Assembly: GCA_040399745.1 (NCBI GenBank)
Contig: JBBARP010000008.1
Location: forward strand, 4,133 to 68,132
Length of the DNA: 64,000 nt
Direction: 5' to 3'
Source of the DNA: Bdellovibrionia bacterium
Lineage (GTDB): Bacteria; Bdellovibrionota; UBA1018
Part shown: piece after piece, positions 10,533 to 19,711 of the stretch
Position numbering within the stretch: position 1 is the stretch's first letter
Layout: the number at the start of each line of letters is the position of its first letter
The notes under the pieces: model-generated
Told to the model about the DNA's origin: nothing
Database searches by the model: none
The model's input: only the letters and a program-made list of their open reading frames with translations
Position numbers and translations under genes: made by a program

Positions 10533-11476
10533 ATCTGACTTCAGTCGTGTCAGCCATCTGGTCCTTCGTTTCAGCAATGGCTCGTGCCGCCTCCCAGAAG
10601 GGCTGGCTTCGTTCCGAGCTACTCGGGTGTCGAACGTGGTCGGTCGGTAATATTCAAGCAGGGGGCGCCGGGAAGACGCCCTTGGTAGCCTTGGTCGCAA
10701 GACAGGCACTGAGTCGAGGTCTATCGGTTGCGATTCTTACTCGGGGTTACGGCGGGATTTGGGAGCAGCAAGGCGGTGTGATTGAACCTAGGTCTAAGTC
10801 GCCTCATCCTCAGTTTTGCGGAGATGAGCCGGCGCTCCTTCACGAGTTAGTGCCGGATGCCTGGATTCTGATTGGCCGAGACCGTGTGCGGCAGTATCGC
10901 CGTGTGGAGCGCAGGCGGGGCCGCGGTTTCGACTTGGTCATCCTCGATGATGGGTTTCAACACTGGCGGATTCGCAAGGACTTAGAGCTCGTGGCGTTGA
11001 CCTCTCATACGCCTGAGACCCGCTTGCACAGAGATTCGATTTCCGCACTTCGGCATGCCCACTTGCTGGTTTGGACCAAGGGCGAAACTCGGCCCGCGCT
11101 CGGATTCGAAGCGCCTTTGGTGCGCCTACGTTCCAGAGCGCGGCAAATTCACGGCAACAGCGCCTCGGGCAGCCGGTTGTGGCTTCTGACGGGCGTGGCC
11201 GATGGTGCCGCGGTTCGAGGGGATATCGAAGCGCTCGGACACCAAGTGGTTCATCATTCCGTGTTTCCGGATCACGCTCGGTTTGCAGACGCGCTGGCCT
11301 TTGAACTGAGGCGGCAGGCGTTGGAAGCGGGTTGCACATTAGCAATGACGGGCAAGGACTGGGTGAAGTGGAAAACTTTGGCGGTCGATGGCCTGGATGA
11401 AGTCCGCGTTTTCGAGCCCGAGCTCACGTTTCAGGAAGGAGAATCGGAATGGCACAAGAAACTTTGGGGAGGGTAA
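10529..11476 (+). CDS. lpxK: tetraacyldisaccharide 4'-kinase
   Basis: P-loop GNIQAGGAGKTPLV. Start MNLTS overlaps the lpxB stop. The track start 10514 is an in-frame upstream alternative. Confidence 0.8.
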   Translation: MNLTSVVSAIWSFVSAMARAASQKGWLRSELLGCRTWSVGNIQAGGAGKTPLVALVARQALSRGLSVAILTRGYGGIWEQQGGVIEPRSKSPHPQFCGDEPALLHELVPDAWILIGRDRVRQYRRVERRRGRGFDLVILDDGFQHWRIRKDLELVALTSHTPETRLHRDSISALRHAHLLVWTKGETRPALGFEAPLVRLRSRARQIHGNSASGSRLWLLTGVADGAAVRGDIEALGHQVVHHSVFPDHARFADALAFELRRQALEAGCTLAMTGKDWVKWKTLAVDGLDEVRVFEPELTFQEGESEWHKKLWGG

Positions 11477-12396
11477 TCCTCACCGTCCTGCATAGCCTTG
11501 CGGGGATGATTTCTTTGCTGCCATCTCGCGCGGTCTATTGGATGGGAGCTGCTTTAGGGCGGTTCCTGTTTGCGGTGGGCTTTCGTCGGAAAGTGGTTGA
11601 GCGAAACCTGCTCTTGGCTTTTCCCGGGGATTCACAGGAGGCCGCATCGCTTCGAAGCCGCCTTTTGGCCGAAGCGTTTCGACATCTGGGGCAGGTTTTT
11701 TTAGAGATCTTCCTGCTGTTTGGTTTTTTCGACCGCTACGTGCGTCGCAATATCCGAGTGCGGGGGATCGAGAACTGGGCCAAGGCAAAGGAGTCAGGAA
11801 AGGGCGTCATCTTTCTCGCCAGCCACGTGGGGAATTGGGAGTTGATGGCGGCGGGCTTTGCCGATGCGGGCGACCCTGTGATGCTCGTCACGAAGCATCT
11901 GAAACCAGAATGGTTCCATCGTGCGATTGAGCGGGCACGCGGACGGGCAGGGGTTCTGGCTACCTATGAGCCGAGAACGTTGAAAGATGTGTTTCGTCAT
12001 TTGGCGAAGAACGGCACCGTGGGAATGGTGCTCGATCAATACACCGGGCCTCCGGTTGGGGTGCGAGTGCCTTTTTTCGGAATTCCGGTGGGAACCAATC
12101 TGGGGCTTGCGACCGTGGCCCGCCGAACCGGCGCTCCTGTCGTGCCCATCATGAATCATCGATTGGCGGACGGCAGCTTCGAAGTAGAGATCTTTCCGGC
12201 GCTGCAGTGGATTCCGGACGAGCACCCCGATGTGGAGTTAGCTCGGAATACGGCAGCTTATTCGGCCATCCTCGAAGGACAAGTTCGACTCTATCCAGGG
12301 CAGTGGCTATGGAGCCATCAGAGGTTCAAGGGAGACCTGTCGCCTTTGCGAGAGGGCGAATGGGAAGAAGGGCGTGCTCGGCGCGCTCGACTTTGA
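11449..12396 (+). CDS. lipid A biosynthesis (Kdo2-lipid IVA) acyltransferase, LpxL/HtrB family
   Basis: N-terminal membrane anchor and HVGNWE motif (HX4E acyltransferase motif). Sits in the lpx cluster. Confidence 0.7.
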   Translation: MAQETLGRVILTVLHSLAGMISLLPSRAVYWMGAALGRFLFAVGFRRKVVERNLLLAFPGDSQEAASLRSRLLAEAFRHLGQVFLEIFLLFGFFDRYVRRNIRVRGIENWAKAKESGKGVIFLASHVGNWELMAAGFADAGDPVMLVTKHLKPEWFHRAIERARGRAGVLATYEPRTLKDVFRHLAKNGTVGMVLDQYTGPPVGVRVPFFGIPVGTNLGLATVARRTGAPVVPIMNHRLADGSFEVEIFPALQWIPDEHPDVELARNTAAYSAILEGQVRLYPGQWLWSHQRFKGDLSPLREGEWEEGRARRARL

Positions 12397-12414
12397 GGGC
12401 AACCCTGGCCTAGA

Positions 12415-13527
12415 GTGGGTCTCGGAAAACTCGAAGCCATGAAATCTCCTGAGCGTATCTTGGTCCGTGCCCCGAATTGGATCGGGGATCAGATTCTCGC
12501 ATATCCTTTTTTTCATTTCCTTCGGCAGGCCTATCCGCGTGCTCAAATCACCTCGGTTTGCGTGCAGTGGGTTCAGGATCTTCAGTTTCGGAATCTCATC
12601 GATCGAGTCGTGGTTTTGCCGCGTGCTGTGGATGAGTCGCTTTGGGAGCGGTGGAAAGTTCAGGAGTCGGGCGCAGAGCAGTTGCGCGGCCAGGGTCGCT
12701 ACGACTTGGCCATCGCTCTTCCGAATTCGTTGTCTTCTGCTTGGCTTCTTTACCGTGCGGGTGCTCGAGTGCGTCGAGGGTACTCGCTCGAGGGCAGAAG
12801 GCTTTTGCTCAATGAGCCTGTGGTCTGGAATGAGACGTCCAGTCGTCACAGGGCTCAGGCCTACGTCGATCTTCTTCCGGCTCGAGCTCGACCCTCTCGG
12901 GAAGTCCGGTGGTTTTTTGGAATTCCTGCGGAGAATGAGCTGGATCCTAGAATTCCAGGCATTGTGCCTGGCTTCTCAGCACGTGAAGCTTGGCCGGGTT
13001 TCGCTCCGCTGACGCCACCCGACGAGCCTTACTGGGTGCTTGCACCTGGAGCGACTGCGGAAAGCCGCCGGTGGCCCACTTCCTATTTTGCTGCCCTGGC
13101 CAGGCGGGTTCGAAGCGAGACGGGCTGGACTGGACTGGTCGTCGGGGGGCCGAAAGAGGCTCCCATGGCTCACGAGCTTTGTGGCGATCCTAGCCTAGGC
13201 CTCAGAGATTGGACGGCTCGGGGACCCGTGCCGACCCTCTCAGAAGTGTTTGCGCGAGCGAAATTCACTCTGACGAATGAGTCGGGTTTGGCTCACGTCG
13301 CTGCGGTTTGTGGCTCATTTGTGCAAATTGTGTGTGGCGCTGCGGATCCGAAGCGCACGACTCCGCTCGGGCCGGGCCGTGTACAGGTGGCGATCAATCC
13401 GGTGGAGTGCTGGCCTTGCGAGCGCAACACCTGTGCGCAGCCAGCGGTGACTAAAATTCAGTGTCTGACTGGGATTCGTCCTGAAACCGTGTGGGAGGAG
13501 ATCCAACGTGGCATCCGACTTGGCTGA
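12415..13527 (+). CDS. ADP-heptose:LPS heptosyltransferase (GT9 family)
   Basis: ILVRAPNWIGDQILAYPFF N-terminal GT9 signature. GT-B architecture with C-terminal conserved TNDSGxxH-like segment (TNESGLAH). Confidence 0.75.
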   Translation: MGLGKLEAMKSPERILVRAPNWIGDQILAYPFFHFLRQAYPRAQITSVCVQWVQDLQFRNLIDRVVVLPRAVDESLWERWKVQESGAEQLRGQGRYDLAIALPNSLSSAWLLYRAGARVRRGYSLEGRRLLLNEPVVWNETSSRHRAQAYVDLLPARARPSREVRWFFGIPAENELDPRIPGIVPGFSAREAWPGFAPLTPPDEPYWVLAPGATAESRRWPTSYFAALARRVRSETGWTGLVVGGPKEAPMAHELCGDPSLGLRDWTARGPVPTLSEVFARAKFTLTNESGLAHVAAVCGSFVQIVCGAADPKRTTPLGPGRVQVAINPVECWPCERNTCAQPAVTKIQCLTGIRPETVWEEIQRGIRLG

Positions 13528-14701
13528 ACGCGTGGACGCCCTGGAGGGGCGACTCGACGAATTGGTGGTTTGCCTTTCGCATTCCTGGGGTGGCCTAGAG
13601 CAAGTTGCGGCTCAGGACGCAGTCGATCGCGCCGCACTCGGTTTGAAAGCGCGTGCTTTGGTGCTCGAAGGGAGTCCGATCCATCAGAATCTGACTCAGC
13701 GCAATTCGGGAGTGGTGCCTGTGCCTCTCTCATTTCGTCCGCGAGACCTTCTGGATTTTCGCCTGAAAGGCGAGCTGGAGCGCTTGTTCGCTTCAGGTGT
13801 GAACGTGGTTCACACTCATCAGACGACGCTTTTGGGAACCCTGATTCCCTGGATGTGGAAGCATCCTCAGGTTTCGGCGTTTGCTTCTCGGCACATCATC
13901 AACAACCACGACAAAAGAGATTTTATTCATCGGTTGTTGTATGGACGTTTAGATTACCTGCTCGTGATGAGTCAGACCTTGCGGGAGAACGTCATGGCCA
14001 CCCATCCGCTTCGCGAGCGGCAGGTGAAGGTCGTGAATCTGGGGCTCGATTTTTCGGTATTTGATCCGGATCGGGTAGATCCTGCTCGCCAACGTGCGGC
14101 TTGGGGCGCGGATCCCGAGACACTGGTGATTGGGCTTGTGGGCCGGATTGACCCTGCAAAAGGGCAGGCCACATTTGTTCGCGCTGCGGCCGGGGTGATC
14201 AAAGCCCTGGGGGACCGCGCGAAAGTGAAGTTCGTGATGGTGGGTGAGGAAACCTTAGGGCGCGCTTCGAATCACTTAGGCGAGCTCAAAGAAATGGTTC
14301 AGCAGTTTCGGCTGGAAGATCACGTTGTCTTTGCCGGCTACCAAGAAAATATTCCTGAAGTCATGCGGTCTTTCGACATCCTGGTCATGCCTTCTCGCCA
14401 GGAGGCCTTTGGTCTCGTGGCTATCGAAGCGATGGCGATGGAATGCCCGATCATCATTTCGCGGGGTGGAAGTGCCGCCGAGATTGTGGGGGAGGAAGAG
14501 TATGGCCTTCTGACCCGACCCGAGGATGCTTTTGATCTTCAGCGCCAACTTCGTCACTTGATCGATCATCCCGAAGTTCGGGCCGAGATGGGCCGCAAGG
14601 CCCGGGCTCACGTGATGGCTCATTATGATCGCCAGGTCCGCATCGAGCGCACCCTGGAACTTTACAATCGAGCCCTCCGCCGCCGGAAAATTTTGAACTG
14701 A
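13508..14701 (+). CDS. glycosyltransferase family 1 (GT4-like), probable LPS core glycosyltransferase
   Basis: C-terminal EAFGLVAIEAMAMECPII retaining GT-B motif. Overlaps the upstream GT9 gene. Confidence 0.7.
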   Translation: MASDLAERVDALEGRLDELVVCLSHSWGGLEQVAAQDAVDRAALGLKARALVLEGSPIHQNLTQRNSGVVPVPLSFRPRDLLDFRLKGELERLFASGVNVVHTHQTTLLGTLIPWMWKHPQVSAFASRHIINNHDKRDFIHRLLYGRLDYLLVMSQTLRENVMATHPLRERQVKVVNLGLDFSVFDPDRVDPARQRAAWGADPETLVIGLVGRIDPAKGQATFVRAAAGVIKALGDRAKVKFVMVGEETLGRASNHLGELKEMVQQFRLEDHVVFAGYQENIPEVMRSFDILVMPSRQEAFGLVAIEAMAMECPIIISRGGSAAEIVGEEEYGLLTRPEDAFDLQRQLRHLIDHPEVRAEMGRKARAHVMAHYDRQVRIERTLELYNRALRRRKILN

Positions 14702-14893
14702 TTAAGTTGAGTTGATCGAAAGAGCTGACGCTCTTGCTCTATTCTTGATCTAAATAATCAGCCATAGAGGGTTTTTACCTTTGACAGAGAGGGCTTAAGT
14801 CTCGTAAACCCTCCGAGCCGGGTCGAGGACACCCTGCATACTGCTTTGCGGTATGGGTGTCCCGGTTTCCCGTCGAAAGGTTAAAACAACCCA

Positions 14894-16693
14894 ATGGTAA
14901 GTAAGCAGTCTGTTAGTGGCTCGACCGAGCCGAAACGTCCGAAGAATCAAAGCTGGATGGACGAGTTCTCGTCCTATCTAGGAGATGACTCCGCAGAATT
15001 GTCCGGAGGATCGGACGAAGAGAATTTTGCAGAACTGTTTGAGGCCTCGCAGGCTCAACAGGAGATCAAAGAAGGTGAAGTGGTCGACGGCACCGTGGTC
15101 TCGGTAGGAACCGAGTACGTCACGGTCGATATCGGCTACAAGTGCGAAGGCCTCGTGCCGCTTCAAGAGTTCAAAGACGCCTACGGCGCTGCTCACGTAG
15201 CAGCCGGCGACGTCGTGAGCGTCTACCTGGAGCGCATGGAGATGGACAACGGCTTCATGCTCCTCTCGAAGGACAAAGCCGAAATCATCCGCGCTTGGGA
15301 CGAAATCTCGCAGGCTTGCGAGAAGGACCAATTGGTCGAAGGCACCGTCATTGCTAAAGTCAAAGGCGGCCTCTCGGTCGACATCGGCGTGAAGGCATTC
15401 TTGCCGGGCTCGCAGATCGACACCAAGCCGGTCAAGAACTTGGACAAGTTCTTGGGCAAGAAGCTCAAGTTCAAGATCATCAAGTTCAACAAGAAACGCG
15501 GCAACATCGTGTTGTCCCGCCGGGCAGTGGTGGCTCAGGAGCGCGAGCTCCAGCGCGCCGAAACCCTGGCCAACCTCCAAGAAGGAATGGTCGTGACCGG
15601 TACCGTGAAGAACATCACGGAATACGGCGCTTTCATCGACTTGGGCGGCATGGATGGATTGCTCCACATCACCGACATGAGCTGGGGCCGCATCAAGCAC
15701 CCGAGCGAACTGTTCGCTGTGGGCGACGAAGTGAAAGTGAAAGTCCTCAAGTACGACCGCGAAAAAGAGCGCGTCAGCTTGGGCTTGAAGCAAGTCACTG
15801 CCAATCCTTGGGACGACGCCGAGTACAAGTACCCGGTCGGCGTGAAAGTGAAAGGCAAAGTGGTCTCGCTGAAAGACTACGGCGCTTTCATGGAACTGGA
15901 AGATGGCATCGAAGGCCTGATCCACGTCTCCGAAATGTCCTGGACCGAGCGCGTCAAGCACCCCTCGAAAGTCCTGAACGTGGGCGACGAAGTGGAATGC
16001 AAAGTTCTCGAAGTCGACTCCAAGCAAAAACGCATCAGCTTGGGCCTCAAGCAGTTGCAGGCTAACCCCTGGGACGAGCTCGAGATCAAGCACCCGGTGG
16101 GTTCGAATGTCGAAGGCGAAGTCAAGTCGGTCACCGACTTCGGCGTGTTCGTCGACATCGGTGTGGGCTTGGACGGCCTCGTGCACGTCTCCGACATCGC
16201 TTGGGCCAAGAAATTTGCTCATCCTTCCGAGAAGTACAAGAAGGGCGACAAACTCAAAGCTGTGGTTCTCGGCATCGACAAGCAGAACGAAAAGTTCTCG
16301 CTCGGCGTGAAGCAACTGGATCGCGACCCCTGGGAATCGATCAAAGCTCGCTATCGCACCGGTCAAGCTGTGGACGGCCTCGTGACCAAGCTCACGGACT
16401 TCGGCGCCTTCGTGGAAATCGAAGAAGGTATCGAAGGCCTGATCTACGTCTCGGAAATCGCCGACCATCGCATCGAGAAGCCGGCTGACGTCTTGAAAGT
16501 GGGCGACAAAGTCCGCGCTGAGATCCTCTCGATCGAAGCGAAGGAACGTCGTATCGGTCTTTCGATCAAGGCTCTGGGCCGTTCGGAAGAGCGCGCTAAC
16601 TTCGAGAAGTACTCGGGCGACGCTTCCCGTAAGACCTCGATGGGCGACCTCTTGGGCGACAAGCTCAAGGCTGCTCTGAAGAAAGACGAGTAA
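14894..16693 (+). CDS. rpsA: 30S ribosomal protein S1
   Basis: Six tandem S1 OB-fold repeats (GxV/I...GLLHISE pattern) over about 600 aa. Preceded by a 190-nt leader. Confidence 0.95.
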   Translation: MVSKQSVSGSTEPKRPKNQSWMDEFSSYLGDDSAELSGGSDEENFAELFEASQAQQEIKEGEVVDGTVVSVGTEYVTVDIGYKCEGLVPLQEFKDAYGAAHVAAGDVVSVYLERMEMDNGFMLLSKDKAEIIRAWDEISQACEKDQLVEGTVIAKVKGGLSVDIGVKAFLPGSQIDTKPVKNLDKFLGKKLKFKIIKFNKKRGNIVLSRRAVVAQERELQRAETLANLQEGMVVTGTVKNITEYGAFIDLGGMDGLLHITDMSWGRIKHPSELFAVGDEVKVKVLKYDREKERVSLGLKQVTANPWDDAEYKYPVGVKVKGKVVSLKDYGAFMELEDGIEGLIHVSEMSWTERVKHPSKVLNVGDEVECKVLEVDSKQKRISLGLKQLQANPWDELEIKHPVGSNVEGEVKSVTDFGVFVDIGVGLDGLVHVSDIAWAKKFAHPSEKYKKGDKLKAVVLGIDKQNEKFSLGVKQLDRDPWESIKARYRTGQAVDGLVTKLTDFGAFVEIEEGIEGLIYVSEIADHRIEKPADVLKVGDKVRAEILSIEAKERRIGLSIKALGRSEERANFEKYSGDASRKTSMGDLLGDKLKAALKKDE

Positions 16694-16726
16694 GACTTTC
16701 GGCCGCAAGGCTGGAAACGAACGACG

Positions 16727-16775
16727 CCCCGCTTGGGATTCCCAGGCGGGGCGTTCGTGTTTTCGGGGTGACTGT
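16727..16775 (+). terminator. rho-independent terminator downstream of rpsA
   Basis: GC-rich inverted repeat AACGAACGACGCCCCGC/GCGGGGCGTTCGTGTT followed by TTTTCGGGG. A second hairpin GGAGCGCAGCTGG/CCAGCTGCGCTCC lies at 16825-16858. Confidence 0.6.
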
Positions 16776-17152
16776 CGGGAAAGGCCAACACGGTCGGAGC
16801 CACGAGCTCGCTTCTAAAAACTGGGGAGCGCAGCTGGCCCCACTTCCAGCTGCGCTCCGTCTCCCCCTCGTGCTGCCCGCCCCTGAACTTTTATGTCCCG
16901 AGAGAAAGGAAAGTCAGAACGGCAGATAAGCTACAGCTGATGATCCAGGTGCGCATGATGACTCCTTTCGAGTTGCCTCGGGTGCTGCACTGAGCAAGGA
17001 ATGGGCCATTGCGCCAAGAAACCTGAGCGCCGCTTTTGCGGGCTTTTCGGGGTGAATAACACCGAGAATCGGATGCGCTGTTGTAGGGACCTGCCTACAG
17101 ACTGTGGGGAGAAGGCTACGCTTCCTGGAAAAAGTGATAGGATCGGACGCCT

Positions 17153-18154
17153 ATGCAGAATTCGAATCCCTCGAAAAAGGCTTGGAATCCATTGCTCGTC
17201 ATCCTCGGGTTGTCCGGGGCACTGTTTTTGGTTTTCGTGCTTTTCTCGACCGTGTTTTTTCTCCGTGGGGCGAACGGCGGTCGAAATGGACCAGGTTGGC
17301 TGGGGGGCAAAGCGGTCGGTTTGATCGAGATGAACGGGGTCATTCTGGATTCCAAACGAACCGTCCGCCAGTTGGAGCACTTTCAAGAGGATCCCTCCAT
17401 CCGCGCCATCGTGCTGAGGCTGAATTCGCCCGGTGGTTCGGTCGCTCCGTCGCAAGAAATTTATGAGGCAGTGAAGGCGTCGCGGAAGCCGATTGTCGTG
17501 TCCATGGGGTCGGTCGCGGCTTCGGGAGCTTTTTATATCGCGATGGGCGCTAAAAAGATTTTCGCCAATCCGGGCACCATCACCGGCTCGATTGGCGTCA
17601 TCATGGAATTTGCGAATCTCGAGAAACTCTATGATTGGGCGAAGATTAAGCGCTACGCGATCAAAACGGGGCGTTTTAAGGACGCTGGCGCCGATTACCG
17701 CGCCCTCGAACCCGAAGAGCGGGCATTGCTGCAAGGAATGGTGGATAACGTCCTAGGCCAGTTTAAGGCCGCGGTGGCCGAGGGCCGAAAGCTTGCGCCC
17801 TCGGAAGTGGACCGAGTCGCTGATGGGCGGATTTTCTCCGGCGAGCAGGCCAAGAAACTGAAACTGGTCGATGAGCTGGGAACGCTCGATGCGGCGATTG
17901 CCGAGGCCGCACGATTGGCCAAGATTTCGGGCAAACCGCAGGTCGTGGTTCCCGACTTTCCAAAACGCCGCATTCTGGACCTTTTGATGGGGTCGGGAAG
18001 CAGCGAGGACGGCAATTCAGAGGAAAGCCGCAGTCCGCTGAAGCGTTTAGTGGGTCAGTTGGGCCGAGAATTCGGTTTAGGAGCCACTGGCGCGGGTTTG
18101 CGCTCGCTTGAATTGCCCCCGGGGATGTATTGGCTCTGGGAAGGCGCCCGCTGA
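17153..18154 (+). CDS. sppA: signal peptide peptidase SppA (36K type, S49 family)
   Basis: N-terminal TM, LNSPGGSV and GSVAASGAFYIAMGAKKIFA catalytic Ser region, GSIGV motif. Confidence 0.85.
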   Translation: MQNSNPSKKAWNPLLVILGLSGALFLVFVLFSTVFFLRGANGGRNGPGWLGGKAVGLIEMNGVILDSKRTVRQLEHFQEDPSIRAIVLRLNSPGGSVAPSQEIYEAVKASRKPIVVSMGSVAASGAFYIAMGAKKIFANPGTITGSIGVIMEFANLEKLYDWAKIKRYAIKTGRFKDAGADYRALEPEERALLQGMVDNVLGQFKAAVAEGRKLAPSEVDRVADGRIFSGEQAKKLKLVDELGTLDAAIAEAARLAKISGKPQVVVPDFPKRRILDLLMGSGSSEDGNSEESRSPLKRLVGQLGREFGLGATGAGLRSLELPPGMYWLWEGAR

Positions 18155-18187
18155 AGGCCCTGAGAAGTTGGCAGAGAAGTAGGTAAG

Positions 18188-19534
18188 ATGAGTAGTTGGA
18201 AGTTGGAAGAAGCGCCTGGGTCCCGAAAGGATTCAGGCAGGAAAGTGCCGCGCGAGCTGGCGCTCCGCGTTTTGGGTCGTGTCCTGGGCGAAAATGAAGC
18301 GCTCGATGAAGTGCTTCAGCAAGTGTCCGGCGAAGTGGAGCCCTCCGAGCGGGGATGGCTGCAGGACGTTTGCAGCGGAACTTTGCGCTGGAAGGGCCGA
18401 TTGGAGCTGGCTCTCGATTCTTTGGCCTTGCGGAAGAAGCCCTCGGGCTGGCTTCGGCGAGTGCTGCTCTTGGCTGCCTATCAATTGGTCGTGCAGGAGC
18501 GGACCGCTCGCGGTCGCGTGGTGAACGAAACGGTTGAATTGATTAAGCGAAAAGAGGGCGAAGCTCCGGCTCGCTTTGCGAACGCACTTTTGCGCCGAAT
18601 TTCAGAACAAGCGGATGATTGGCGGACTGCGGGATTCCCGAAGGGACAGGGCTTGGAAGCCCAGGCCCGCTGGGCCAGTCTCCCGGTGTGGCTCTGGAAG
18701 CGCTTGGTCCGCGAGCAAGGGGTGGAGCGCGCTTGTGCTTTTGCTGAAGCGACACTCGAAAGGCCTTCGACTTGGCTTCGGGTTCAAAACGCGGACGCAG
18801 CGACGCTTTTTCCGAATGCGACCGCTGGAGAAACCCCGGGCGCAATTCGTTTGGGAGAGGGGCAGTTGCCTCCCGGTCCTGTGAATCAGTGGCCTGGCTT
18901 TACGGAAGGCGCATTCCTGGTTCAGGATGTTTCCAGTCAGGTCTTGGTCAGCGCTCTGGTGGACGAACTGAAAAAAGCGGGCGTGTGGACGGGCGAGAAA
19001 AACACCCTTCGTGCGCTCGATTTGTGTGCGGCTCCCGGTGGGAAGTCGGTGGGCCTTGCTTGGTCGGGCTTCCAGGTGGTGGCCTCGGACGCAAGCTTAG
19101 AGCGCTTAGGACTGCTTCGTCAGACGGTGAGCCGCTGTGCCGCTGAGATCGACGTGCGCGAACCTCAGGATCTTGGAACCGCTCGTGATTTCGACGTGGT
19201 CTGGGTGGATGCACCCTGCACGGGATCGGGCATTTTGCGACGCCATCCCGATGTGCGCTGGCTGCGACAGGAGAAGGAACTTCAGGCTTTGGCCAAGGTT
19301 CAAGAGCAAGTCCTTCGCGACGGCCTCGATCGAGTGAAGCCCGGTGGATACCTGATGTACTCGGTTTGTTCGGTGCTCGAAGAAGAAGGCGTGGCGCGGA
19401 TTCTGGGGCTTTCGGATTGGAAGGATCGGTTTGAGATCGTAGCCGAATGGCGCCTTTGGCCCTTTGAAGGGGAAAAAGGAGACGGATTTCAAGGCGCATT
19501 GATTAAATTGGCACACTCTTCGCAGAAGGGCTGA
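18188..19534 (+). CDS. rsmB: 16S rRNA (cytosine-C5) methyltransferase, RsmB/Sun (NOL1/NOP2) family
   Basis: N-terminal NusB-like region. LDLCAAPGGKS SAM motif and VDAPCTGSGILRRHPD catalytic Cys motif. Confidence 0.8.
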   Translation: MSSWKLEEAPGSRKDSGRKVPRELALRVLGRVLGENEALDEVLQQVSGEVEPSERGWLQDVCSGTLRWKGRLELALDSLALRKKPSGWLRRVLLLAAYQLVVQERTARGRVVNETVELIKRKEGEAPARFANALLRRISEQADDWRTAGFPKGQGLEAQARWASLPVWLWKRLVREQGVERACAFAEATLERPSTWLRVQNADAATLFPNATAGETPGAIRLGEGQLPPGPVNQWPGFTEGAFLVQDVSSQVLVSALVDELKKAGVWTGEKNTLRALDLCAAPGGKSVGLAWSGFQVVASDASLERLGLLRQTVSRCAAEIDVREPQDLGTARDFDVVWVDAPCTGSGILRRHPDVRWLRQEKELQALAKVQEQVLRDGLDRVKPGGYLMYSVCSVLEEEGVARILGLSDWKDRFEIVAEWRLWPFEGEKGDGFQGALIKLAHSSQKG

Positions 19535-19636
19535 CCCAGACTGAGACCCTGCAGTGTGATGCGGAACGTATGTGGAGAGGGGTAGGGTCCGGTCGTCCCA
19601 AATCCTACCTAAAAAATCCTACCTAAAAATCCATTC

Positions 19637-19678
19637 GCCGCTGGCTCCCGAAAGGGGGCCAGCCGGTTTCCCTTTTTG
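19637..19678. terminator. probable bidirectional terminator between convergent rsmB and 19712-21211 gene
   Basis: Hairpin GCTGGCTCCC-GAAA-GGGGGCCAGC followed by TTTCCCTTTTT. Lies between convergent stops. Just upstream there is a 14-15 bp direct repeat ATCCTACCTAAAAA x2 (19601-19629). Confidence 0.4.
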
Positions 19679-19711
19679 GCGACGGTTGTGGCGACGGACG
19701 AAAGGTCAGGT

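Noticed and set aside
16931-17734. 267-aa minus-strand ORF overlapping the sppA 5' half
   Set aside because: Overlaps the well-supported sppA coding region on the opposite strand. Arg/Pro-rich composition without domains.
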